From: an uncultured Bacilli bacterium
GTDB lineage: Bacteria; Bacillota_I; Bacilli_A; RF39; UBA660
DNA length: 64,000 bases
NCBI GenBank assembly: GCA_934098745.1
Contig: CAKOPG010000001.1
Span: forward strand, 36,441 to 100,440
Direction: 5' to 3'
A program made the translations under genes and the position numbers. Below, piece by piece: positions 40,505-49,405 of this stretch. Position 1 is the first letter of the stretch. Each line of letters begins with the position of its first letter. Below the pieces are notes generated by a model. It was not told the DNA's origin and did not search any database. It saw nothing but the letters and a program-made list of their open reading frames with translations.

Positions 40505-40918
40505 ATGATTAATATAAAAGAGAATATAAATGATGTTAAGGAATTTAATTTGTTATATGATTTAGTTGGTTGGGGAGCAAATGATGAAGTAATATCACAA
40601 AAGGCATTAAATAATACATTTTATTCTGTAAGTGTATATGATGATGAGAAAATTATAGGTTATGGAAGACTTATTGGAGATGGAATATGTTTTATGTATA
40701 TACATGATGTGATGGTTGATCCGGAATATCAAGGTAGAAAAATAGGGACAATGATAATGAATAAATTATTAGAAAAAATAAAAATTATTGAAAAAGAAAA
40801 TCCTTATTTAAGGACATATTTAGGAGCTTCTAAGGGGAAAGAAGGTTTTTATGAGAGATTTGGTTTTGTTAAAAGAATAGATGATGGGTTAGGATATGGG
40901 ATGATTTTAAAAAAATAA
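40505..40918 (+). CDS. GNAT-family N-acetyltransferase
   Basis: VMVDPEYQGRKIGTMIMNKLLE motif A. Confidence 0.7.
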   Translation: MINIKENINDVKEFNLLYDLVGWGANDEVISQKALNNTFYSVSVYDDEKIIGYGRLIGDGICFMYIHDVMVDPEYQGRKIGTMIMNKLLEKIKIIEKENPYLRTYLGASKGKEGFYERFGFVKRIDDGLGYGMILKK

Positions 40919-40949
40919 TAGAAAATTAATAAGGAGGATTATTTATTAA

Positions 40950-41432
40950 ATGAAAATAATTGAATATGAGGAAAAATATTTAGAAGATGTAAGAGATTTA
41001 TTGGTGGAATTAGAAGAGTATATACTTGAGATAGATAGAGATAATTTAGATCAGTTACATGAAGAATATAGAGAAAAGATGGCTGTTTTAGAAATAGATG
41101 AAGTTAATAATAATAATGGAAAATGTTATTTAGCTGTAGAAGATGATAGGGTTGTTGGTTTGATTATGGGGTATGTTAGGAAGTATGAGGAGTATGATTA
41201 TTTAGATTATAAGTGTCCAAAGAGTGGCGTGGTATCAGAATTAATTATTTCTAAAAATGTTAGAGGAAGAGGGATTGGAAAAAAATTAATGAATAAGATG
41301 GAAGATTATTTTAAATCTATCGATTGTGAATATGTTTTTATCGATGTTTTTGCCTATAATGAAAAGGCAATATCTTTTTATGAGGGACAAGGATATCATA
41401 CGAGAGGGTTAATAGATGTTAAAAAGTTATAG
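40950..41432 (+). CDS. GNAT-family N-acetyltransferase
   Basis: ISKNVRGRGIGKKLMNKMEDY motif A. Confidence 0.7.
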   Translation: MKIIEYEEKYLEDVRDLLVELEEYILEIDRDNLDQLHEEYREKMAVLEIDEVNNNNGKCYLAVEDDRVVGLIMGYVRKYEEYDYLDYKCPKSGVVSELIISKNVRGRGIGKKLMNKMEDYFKSIDCEYVFIDVFAYNEKAISFYEGQGYHTRGLIDVKKL

Positions 41433-41442
41433 GAGTTAATTT

Positions 41443-41943
41443 ATGTTAGAAAAAAATAGATGTGTATGTGAAAATGTTAAAATAGAGGATTATTTAAAAC
41501 TATATAATTATGTAAGAGATAATATGGAACATCCTGAATGGTTAGGTACTTTTACAAGGGAAGAAATAGTTAATATATTAGATAATGGTGGAAAAATATG
41601 GCTTTATTATGATAATGATAATTTGGTATGTTCTATGTTATATATAACGATAAGTAATGAGAGTTTAATAAAACATAATGTATATTATGACTGTAGTGTA
41701 GTGGGAGCATTAGGACCTATAATGGTAAGTCCTCAGTATGTAGGTAATTGATATCAAAGTGCAATGATGGATGTATTAGAAGAATACTGTAAGAAAATAA
41801 ATAAAAAGTATATATATGCTAAAGTGGCAGAGGATAATATATATTCATTAAATAATATGTTGAAAAGTAATTATAAGATTGTAGATAGATATATTAATGA
41901 AAGAGGTAAGAATATAGCTTTATTAAAAGAAATAAAAATGTAG
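41443..41943 (+). pseudogene. GNAT-family acetyltransferase interrupted by an in-frame TGA at 41749-41751
   Basis: VSPQYVGN-TGA-YQSAMMDVLEEYCKK reads continuously across the stop. The TGA falls where the paralogue has the Gly of RGxG. Confidence 0.55.
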
Positions 41944-42065
41944 ATTTTAATGGATATAAATTATATGTCGGAGGGGTAGCTATTAATTAAGACTTTAAGA
42001 GTCTTTTTTCTTTTATATATTTATTTTGTTTTAAAAAAATGGTAGAATTGTGTTAGAGGTGTATT

Positions 42066-42995
42066 ATGAAGAAAAAGGTAGCAGTTTTAATTCCTTGTTA
42101 TAATGAGGCATTAACAATAGAGAAAGTTGTAAAGGATTATAAGAAGGCTTTGCCAATGGCAGATATTTATGTATATGATAATAATTCAACAGATAAGACA
42201 GATGAAATAGCTAGAAAGGCTGGAGCTATTGTTAGGTATGAATATAAACAGGGAAAGGGAAATGTTATTAGGAGAATGTTTCAAGAAGTAGAAGCAGATT
42301 GTTATTTGATGATTGATGGAGATGATACGTATCCTTGTGAAAATGCCAAAGAAATGTGCGATTTGGTATTATCAGGAAGAGCAGATATGGTAATTGGTGA
42401 TAGATTATCATCAACTTATTTTACAGAGAATAAAAGACCTTTTCATAATTTTGGAAATAAAATCGTAAGAATGCTTATTAATAAGTTATTTCATAATAAT
42501 ATTAAAGATATAATGACTGGATATAGAGCATTTAGTTATCAGTTTGTTAAGAGTTTCCCAGTTTTGTCTAAGGGATTTGAAATTGAGACAGAGATGACAA
42601 TTCATGCTGTGGATAAGAATTTTAAATTAGAAGAAATACCGGTAGCTTATCGTGATCGTCCTGAGGGTTCAGCTTCAAAGTTAAATACTTATAGTGATGG
42701 ATTTAAGGTATTAAAGACAATTGCAATATTGTTTAAGGAATATAAACCAGCATTTTTCTTCAATATTTTAGCAGGAATATTAGCTATAGCGGCAATATTA
42801 TTTATGATGCCGGTATTTATATATTATTATCAAACGGGATTAGTTCCTAAGTTTCCCACTTTAATTGTAGGATGTTTTATTTTACTAGTAGCTATTCTTC
42901 TTTGGGTAGCGGGAATTATTTTAGAAGTAATTACTAAAAAACATAAGCAATTATATGAATTATATTTAATTCAGTTAGGAAGTAGAAATGAATAA
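42066..42995 (+). CDS. Family 2 glycosyltransferase, polyprenyl-phosphate sugar synthase type (GtrB/CsbB-like)
   Basis: VLIPCYNE...YDNNSTD...IDGDD and two C-terminal TMs. Confidence 0.8.
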   Translation: MKKKVAVLIPCYNEALTIEKVVKDYKKALPMADIYVYDNNSTDKTDEIARKAGAIVRYEYKQGKGNVIRRMFQEVEADCYLMIDGDDTYPCENAKEMCDLVLSGRADMVIGDRLSSTYFTENKRPFHNFGNKIVRMLINKLFHNNIKDIMTGYRAFSYQFVKSFPVLSKGFEIETEMTIHAVDKNFKLEEIPVAYRDRPEGSASKLNTYSDGFKVLKTIAILFKEYKPAFFFNILAGILAIAAILFMMPVFIYYYQTGLVPKFPTLIVGCFILLVAILLWVAGIILEVITKKHKQLYELYLIQLGSRNE

Positions 42996-43368
42996 ATTGA
43001 TAAAACAGTTATTACGTTTTGGAGTAGTTGGAGGAATAGCTTTTTTAATAGATTACTTACTTTTGTATGTTTTAACAGAATACATAAATATTCCAGTAAT
43101 GTTTTCTTCAGTAATTTCTTTTTCAGTATCGGTTATATTTAATTATATTTTAAGTACTAAATGGGTTTTTGATACGAAGAAGAAACAAGGAATAAAAGAA
43201 TTTATTATATTTATAGTACTTAGTTTGATAGGTTTAGGAATAAATCAGATAATTATGTATCTTGGTATAAATAAAATTAATATATATTATATGATAGTTA
43301 AATTATTTGCAACGGTTATAGTAATGATATATAACTTTATAACAAGGAAGCTTTTTTTAGAGAAATAG
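42988..43368 (+). CDS. GtrA-like small membrane protein
   Basis: LLRFGVVGGIAFLIDYLLLYVL and four TMs; overlaps the GT2 gene by 8 nt. Confidence 0.7.
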   Translation: MNKLIKQLLRFGVVGGIAFLIDYLLLYVLTEYINIPVMFSSVISFSVSVIFNYILSTKWVFDTKKKQGIKEFIIFIVLSLIGLGINQIIMYLGINKINIYYMIVKLFATVIVMIYNFITRKLFLEK

Positions 43369-43424
43369 ATGACTTTTTATTGAGATGAGTAAGAAAGTAT
43401 ATGTTAAAGGAGTAGTGAACTATA

Positions 43425-44042
43425 ATGACGACGGTATATTTGATTAGGCATTCAAAACCGGGAAAGTGTAGTATATTGTTTAAATATTCAAGTTTACAGA
43501 TAAAAAATGAAAAGAGAAAACTAACAAGAGAAGGCAAAATGATGGCTCAAAAGTTTTTTAACAATAAAGAATTTGCTTGTATCGATGAAATTTATTCTTC
43601 AAATTATCTTAGAGCATATCAAACAGCAAATATATTATCCAAAAGACTAAAATTAAAAGTCAATGTTGTACAAGCTTTTGGAGAGAGAAAGATTGGTATA
43701 AAATCATGGGATGAATATCCGAATGATTTTGAACTCCACCAATTTAAAGATAATGACTATAAATTAAAAGATGGGGAGTCTTTAAATGAAGTTAGAAAAA
43801 GAGAATTAGTAGCTTTAAATAGTATTTTAAATAAATCAAAGGCAAATAACATTGCTATAGTTTTTCACTCAACAGCTATGATGACGTTGTTAAAGACTTG
43901 GTGTGATATAAGAAATGATTCAAATTATTATTTTAAAGACAAAGTATTTTTTAATGGTAAATGGAATTATTGTGAAACATTTAAGTTAGAATTTGATAAT
44001 GAAAATAAATTGATTAATATTGAGAATATAAAACTTAATTAG
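43425..44042 (+). CDS. Histidine phosphatase superfamily (phosphoglycerate-mutase-like) protein
   Basis: N-terminal VYLIRHSK, an RHG-type catalytic motif variant; 205 aa. Confidence 0.6.
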   Translation: MTTVYLIRHSKPGKCSILFKYSSLQIKNEKRKLTREGKMMAQKFFNNKEFACIDEIYSSNYLRAYQTANILSKRLKLKVNVVQAFGERKIGIKSWDEYPNDFELHQFKDNDYKLKDGESLNEVRKRELVALNSILNKSKANNIAIVFHSTAMMTLLKTWCDIRNDSNYYFKDKVFFNGKWNYCETFKLEFDNENKLINIENIKLN

Positions 44043-44054
44043 GAGATGAATTAG

Positions 44055-44621
44055 ATGAGTAAATATGTAAAAGTAATGTATGGAACAACGAGTGGAGCAA
44101 AAAGTGATTTTAAATATAAGATAGGCGAAGTTAATGTAAGTGAACATTGGAATCCGGATGCTAAAAATGGAAAAGATTTTGGAGGGTTTAATTATTGCAG
44201 TGAAGACTGTATATTAAGATGGCTTCATCGGGGAGATACAATTTATGATGTTGAAATTCCAGAAGATGCGGAAAACATTAGGTTAGATGGAGCAACAACA
44301 ATATATAGAAGTAATAAAATAATTGTAAAAAATCCGCGAAAAGTAGATGATGATTTAGCATTTCATTTTTATAAGATATCGAATATTCCTGAAAAAGCAT
44401 ATTATAAGGCATTAGGTGTGGTTAGTATTATGAATTATAAGAAAACTGCTTATGCCATATTAAGTGATAAAGTAAATAAAGATAATATCAATGAGGTTTT
44501 AGAGGAATGGAATGATTTTATTTTACATGGCGGTAAAGATGATAGAAAAGATATTAATAGTCTTATAAAAGAAATTGAAAGCTGTTTATATGAGATTAAA
44601 TCAACAAATAAGCAAGTATAG
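44055..44621 (+). CDS. Hypothetical protein, 188 aa
   Basis: ORF with an RBS; no motif recognised. Confidence 0.4.
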   Translation: MSKYVKVMYGTTSGAKSDFKYKIGEVNVSEHWNPDAKNGKDFGGFNYCSEDCILRWLHRGDTIYDVEIPEDAENIRLDGATTIYRSNKIIVKNPRKVDDDLAFHFYKISNIPEKAYYKALGVVSIMNYKKTAYAILSDKVNKDNINEVLEEWNDFILHGGKDDRKDINSLIKEIESCLYEIKSTNKQV

Positions 44622-44693
44622 TAAAATAAAAGCAATCTAAAGTTATTTTAAAGATAGAAAAATATAATAAAGTTAAACATTTGAAGGTATTTA

Positions 44694-45200
44694 TGGAAAA
44701 CTATACGGCTGATTTAAAGATGATTGTGGATAACTTTTCTTATTATGAGTTTATTGATCTATTAAAAAAATAGATAGTGAAGTTATTAATGGTAATATAC
44801 ATTTTGATTCTGAATTTATATATTATTTTTATCAAGTAATAAGTATGGTTAATGATTTCAGGTAAGCTTGGTACACTTGGACATATTATTTAAAAAATGA
44901 TAAAAATGTTGATGAATATAATTATGATATGATGTTTGATATATTACATGAATTAACACATGTATATCAATTAATAAGAACAGAACAAACTAATAATTCA
45001 ATTGATAAGTTAGTATGATTATCAAAAAGATAATATATTAGTTAAAAACGGATGAAAGACGCAATAAATGGTGGTAATAATGGGCGAATCCACGAATGTC
45101 ATTTGAAAAATTAATATTTGATATACGAAAACTGTATGAAAGATATTCAAATGAAAAAGTTCTCCGAGTATTAGATGAGGTAGAAAAACTGTGATAGTTA
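44694..45200 (+). pseudogene. Decayed gene fragments encoding an HExxH zinc-metallopeptidase-like protein
   Basis: MENYTADLKMIVDNFSYYEFIDLLKK stops at an A7 run. IDSEVINGNIHFDSEF...NDFR is followed by a stop, then ...DMMFDILHELTHVYQLIRTEQ. Multiple frame breaks, and no intact ORF longer than 60 aa. Confidence 0.4.
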
Positions 45201-45338
45201 TTATAATATATATTTAAAAACATTATATCATTTTGATGGTAAAAATATTGTATTAAATAATAATTTACCAAGAAGAATTTGAGGTATCGAAACTTATATT
45301 ATAAATTAAAAAAAGTGGAACAAATTTGTGGCCACTTT

Positions 45339-46949
45339 TTAGTTTATGTTTTCTTTTTTTAGATTTAGAGAAAAGGCTATAATAATGGGAAGCATTAAGG
45401 TAAAGGAAAACATGTATCTTTCTGATGATGCTAAGGGAGCAGCTACCATCATACTTAACCATACAGATAATATAGGAATGTATGTTATTAGGTAGGCCGA
45501 TTTCTTTTTATAGATTATTACTAACATAGAAATGATAGTGAGCCAGAAACAGATGCCACCACTTAGGAAAGTTGTATATTCATGATAAAAGTTTTCTAAT
45601 TTATTTTGAATGTTTGTGGGTAGTAAGTTATCACAATAAATATCATATTCATCTTTTTGTCTTCCTACAAAACCATCTGTTTGACCAGTTTGGGTATCAT
45701 AATACATATTTTTACCAGAGGTCAAATTAGAAATAGTCCAATATCCTTCGGTTTGAAGGGCATAACTTTCGACATAAGTATCAAAATTTTTAACAAGAAT
45801 GGTAGTCCAATGTTTTAAAAAACGTAATTTGTTTGCTTCGAGATATTCTCTGTTAAAGTTAGAATGCCATTTAATTGCATCAACGGTTTGAGGATTATAA
45901 GAAGCTTTAATTTCTTCAATAGTTAATAGATTGTTTATAAAGTCTTTTTCTTGTTCGGTTAATGAACCATCAGTGTATACGGTAGCTGATATTTGTTGAA
46001 GAGGAATCGCCATACTTTCTTGAAAATAATGTTTTACATGATAACGCATAGATGTAATTTTATTAACACTATAATTAAGTAAGATAGGTATTAAGAAGAT
46101 TATTATAAAGTATTTATTTAGATATTTATGGTAATAGATAATTATTGCCAGAGTAGAGAGAATATATATAATAAAAGCATTACTACGTATGAAATAAAGA
46201 GAAGTACTTAAGAATATATATAGAAATACATATTTTTTGTTTTGGAGTATTTTACCTTTGGTTTCAACAAGTTTAATTAGTAATAAGAATATATATATTA
46301 AGATGGTAGCAAATAAGACATCTTTAACAGCAAATAGAGAATAGGTAGCATAGATAGGAATGAAGGTGTAGATAATAATTAGGGAGAAGATAAGATATTT
46401 ATTTAGGTTTCTTTTAGCTAGAAAACAAATAGTATAAGAGAGAGTAAAGATTATAAAGCACATTTGTAGAAAACTAAAGATGGCCCATCCAGCAATGGAA
46501 CTTCCTAAAATATTATAGCCTAGTTTAACAATAAAGAAATTAAGAAGATAGCTATGGACTATAGGGTGCTGGGTAGAAGCAGCTCCAGGAGCTGATAATT
46601 GATAGTAGGTATCATAATCGCCACCACCAGGAAATACGGTTATGTAACAAATAAGCCATATTAAGAACATAGAGATGGAAGATATAATAAATATCTTTTT
46701 AATTTGTTTATCATTATAATTTTGATGAGAGATATTTATTAGACTTAATTTTTTAATAAGATATTTAAGAGGAAAGTAATAAATAAATGACAATAATATA
46801 ATTATAATAAGTAAGATAAAGAAGTTTATATTATTTAGAAATTTAATTTTATTAGGGTTAGTTTTTATTAGATATTCAAAGGTAGTAACTATTCCTAAGA
46901 GAATAGATGTTATAATTATACTTAGATTATTTTTTAGATTTTTTTTCAT
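45339..46949 (-). CDS. Polytopic membrane protein, possible GT-C-type glycosyltransferase
   Basis: At least 10 TMs; early loop GGGDYDTYYQ; approximately 200-aa extracytoplasmic domain; near GtrA/GtrB-like genes. Start taken at the internal MKKNLKNN with an AAGAGTGA RBS. Confidence 0.4.
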   Translation of the reverse strand: MKKNLKNNLSIIITSILLGIVTTFEYLIKTNPNKIKFLNNINFFILLIIIILLSFIYYFPLKYLIKKLSLINISHQNYNDKQIKKIFIISSISMFLIWLICYITVFPGGGDYDTYYQLSAPGAASTQHPIVHSYLLNFFIVKLGYNILGSSIAGWAIFSFLQMCFIIFTLSYTICFLAKRNLNKYLIFSLIIIYTFIPIYATYSLFAVKDVLFATILIYIFLLLIKLVETKGKILQNKKYVFLYIFLSTSLYFIRSNAFIIYILSTLAIIIYYHKYLNKYFIIIFLIPILLNYSVNKITSMRYHVKHYFQESMAIPLQQISATVYTDGSLTEQEKDFINNLLTIEEIKASYNPQTVDAIKWHSNFNREYLEANKLRFLKHWTTILVKNFDTYVESYALQTEGYWTISNLTSGKNMYYDTQTGQTDGFVGRQKDEYDIYCDNLLPTNIQNKLENFYHEYTTFLSGGICFWLTIISMLVIIYKKKSAYLITYIPILSVWLSMMVAAPLASSERYMFSFTLMLPIIIAFSLNLKKENIN

Positions 46950-47021
46950 ATATATCACTCTTTCTTCTAATATTATAACATGTATATAGAGCAAATAAAG
47001 AAAAAATAGCTAAATAATTAG

Positions 47022-47219
47022 CTATTTATCTAAATCTTTGGTAAGAATACCAATATTAATAAGTCCTGATACCATTACTAGTACGTAGACGATACGGGTA
47101 ATTAGGGAACCATCTCCAAGTAGGTATTCAACTAGATTAAAATTGAATAATCCTACTAATCCCCAATTGATACAACCAATGATACTTAAGACTAAAGTGG
47201 TTTTAAATAATGTATTCAT
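47022..47219 (-). CDS. DUF378-family small membrane protein
   Basis: LSIIGCINWGLVGLFNFNLVEYLLGDGSLITRIVYVLVMVSGL. RBS GGAGGAAAT precedes the internal ATG used here. Confidence 0.6.
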   Translation of the reverse strand: MNTLFKTTLVLSIIGCINWGLVGLFNFNLVEYLLGDGSLITRIVYVLVMVSGLINIGILTKDLDK

Positions 47220-47328
47220 AATTTCCTCCTTGATAATTTTATTTTTCCCAAAAATTATATAATTATTCATCATATTAAGAAATTAGAGCCATATAATTTA
47301 CCATAAGATAAAAAGAATGAGGTGAAGA

Positions 47329-48447
47329 GTGAAGAAAATATTTTTATGTTTTGTTTTAATATGTTTAATTTTGACAGGATGTGGTAAGAAGGATGAGAAA
47401 ACAGTATTAAAAGAATTTGGAGATAAAGTAAATAAAGCTAATTCATACTATTTAGCAGGTAATATGGAACTAGTTAATAATGAAGATGTTTATACTTATA
47501 ATATAGCAGTATCTTATGAAAAAGAAGATCATTATAAGATAGAACTTACTAATGTAATAAATGATCATAAACAAGTAATACTTAGAAATGAAGAAGGAGT
47601 ATATGTAGTAACACCATCACTTAATAAAAGTTTTAAATTTCAAAGTGATTGGCCATATAATAATTCACAAGTATATTTACTATCTAGTTTATTAGATGAT
47701 ATTACAAATGATGAAGAGCGTTTATTTGAAAAAACTGATGAAGGTTATATCTTTACTTCAACAGTTAATTATCCAAATAATGAGAAGTTGGTTAATCAGA
47801 AAGTAGTTTTTGGGGATGATTATTTACCGAAGAAAGTATCTGTTATGGATAAAGATGGTAATGTTCAAATTAAGATGGAGTTTAGTAAGATAGATTTAAA
47901 GACACAATTTAATGAGACATATTTTAATTTAGATTCAATACTAGATACGAAGAATATTGAAACTAGAAAAGATGATAATAAAGTAACAAATAATAGTAGT
48001 AATAATAACAATAATAATGTTAATGAAAATAATAATCAGAATAAGACTAATGAGGCACAGGAACCATCTGATAATAATAAGAAGGAAGAAACTAAGACTA
48101 CAGCTACAATAGAGGATATTATATATCCAATGTATTTACCAGCTAATACTTATTTAACTAATCAAGAGAGAGTAAGTACAGATGATGGTGAGAGATTAAT
48201 TTTAACTTTTACTGGGGATAGTTCCTTTATCTTAGTAGAAGAGACTGCTAAATATAGTGATGCACCAGAGATTATTCCGACTTATGGTGATGTAGAATTA
48301 ATTGGAGCATCTTTGGCGGTTATTAATGATAATTCAGCTAATTGGTTTGATAGTGGAATTGAATACTATGTAGTAAGTGATGTAATGAGTACAGAAGAAC
48401 TTTTACAAGTAGTAAAATCAATAAGTGTTTTACCAGTTAGTAAATAA
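47329..48447 (+). CDS. Lipoprotein with an Asn-rich linker
   Basis: MKKIFLCFVLICLILTGC lipobox; SSNNNNNNVNENNNQN low-complexity linker. Confidence 0.65.
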   Translation: MKKIFLCFVLICLILTGCGKKDEKTVLKEFGDKVNKANSYYLAGNMELVNNEDVYTYNIAVSYEKEDHYKIELTNVINDHKQVILRNEEGVYVVTPSLNKSFKFQSDWPYNNSQVYLLSSLLDDITNDEERLFEKTDEGYIFTSTVNYPNNEKLVNQKVVFGDDYLPKKVSVMDKDGNVQIKMEFSKIDLKTQFNETYFNLDSILDTKNIETRKDDNKVTNNSSNNNNNNVNENNNQNKTNEAQEPSDNNKKEETKTTATIEDIIYPMYLPANTYLTNQERVSTDDGERLILTFTGDSSFILVEETAKYSDAPEIIPTYGDVELIGASLAVINDNSANWFDSGIEYYVVSDVMSTEELLQVVKSISVLPVSK

Positions 48448-48533
48448 TATATATGGGAATAGTTGAGATAACTATTTCTTTTTTATGAGTAATAATTTAA
48501 TAAAAATAGCATATATTTAGTTAGGAGGTGGCT

Positions 48534-48923
48534 ATGAACGAAGTAAATAATATGGCAACTTCAAGTGGAACGTATGATAGTATTCCAACTTCTCTTACTT
48601 CAAATACTTCTGTGGTAAATCTTGTCGATGGACTTACTTTGACAATGGATGCAGATAAAAAGACGTGGGTGAGTGGATATCTTACATATACGATAACACT
48701 TGATAATACAACAGATAAAGCATATTTAAAGCCAATTATTAAGGATGAGATAGATACTAGTAAGATTGAGTTTGTAACGGGTAGTGTAAAAATTAATGGG
48801 GTAGAAGCTACAGAGGGACAACATAGTTATGATGATAGTACACATACATTGACAGTTAATTTGGATGATGTAGCACAATCTTCGACAACTATTGTTACAT
48901 TCTCTGTCAAAAAAAAAATATAA
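48534..48923 (+). CDS. Hypothetical small beta-rich protein
   Basis: RBS TTAGGAGGTG. The ORF-track start at 48528 is a GTG. Confidence 0.4.
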   Translation: MNEVNNMATSSGTYDSIPTSLTSNTSVVNLVDGLTLTMDADKKTWVSGYLTYTITLDNTTDKAYLKPIIKDEIDTSKIEFVTGSVKINGVEATEGQHSYDDSTHTLTVNLDDVAQSSTTIVTFSVKKKI

Positions 48924-49139
48924 CAAGTTTTTCTATTTAAAAAATATGGCTACATTATTAAGTGAGGGATATAATATAGTTAGTAATGTTGTAGTAGTAA
49001 TTAGTCCGATAAATAAATATTCAAATGATAACTGTGGTTGTGATGTCCCTTATTGGAGAATTTAGTATTTGACAATTTATAAAAAGAATGATATTATTTA
49101 GTAAATGTAGGGAATAGGAGAAGTAGCAATAATAAAATA

Positions 49140-49368
49140 ATACAGTGAGTTAGAAGTAGTGAGAACTAATAAAATTGATTATTGTGAATAACACCTAGGA
49201 GCAGGTTAGCTGAAATAAGGAGTAAGTTAATTCGGAAGACAAACCGTTATCAGATTGTTAGGCTTGATGGAGCTAAAAGAGTGATTATAATGAAAGTTAT
49301 AATAATGTAGGTGGTACCGCGGATACACAGTGTTCGTCCTATTTGGGATGAATACTGTTTTTTCATAT
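49140..49368 (+). promoter_or_regulatory. T-box leader (candidate Asp specifier GAC) with intrinsic terminator, upstream of aspS
   Basis: TTGACA-17-TATTAT promoter at 49069-49097. Candidate specifier ggaaGACAaa. T-box sequence aatgtaggtggtaccgcgg at 49305-49323. Terminator acagtgttc...gaatactgt plus T6. Confidence 0.7.
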
Positions 49369-49405
49369 TAAAGTATTTATCCTTAGAAAGAAAGGAGTAT
49401 AAAAT

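Noticed and set aside
47990-48060. Asn-codon tract (aat/aac repeats) as a tandem-repeat or VNTR element
   Set aside because: It lies in-frame inside the lipoprotein gene and encodes a poly-Asn linker. The repeats are imperfect codon repeats, not a discrete DNA repeat unit.
48946-49065. 39-aa Cys-containing ORF (MATLLSEGYNIVSNVVVVISPINKYSNDNCGCDVPYWRI) as a possible RiPP or bacteriocin precursor
   Set aside because: It has no RBS. Its 3' end overlaps the TTGACA -35 box of the aspS T-box promoter. There are no adjacent modification or transport genes. It is most likely a chance ORF.
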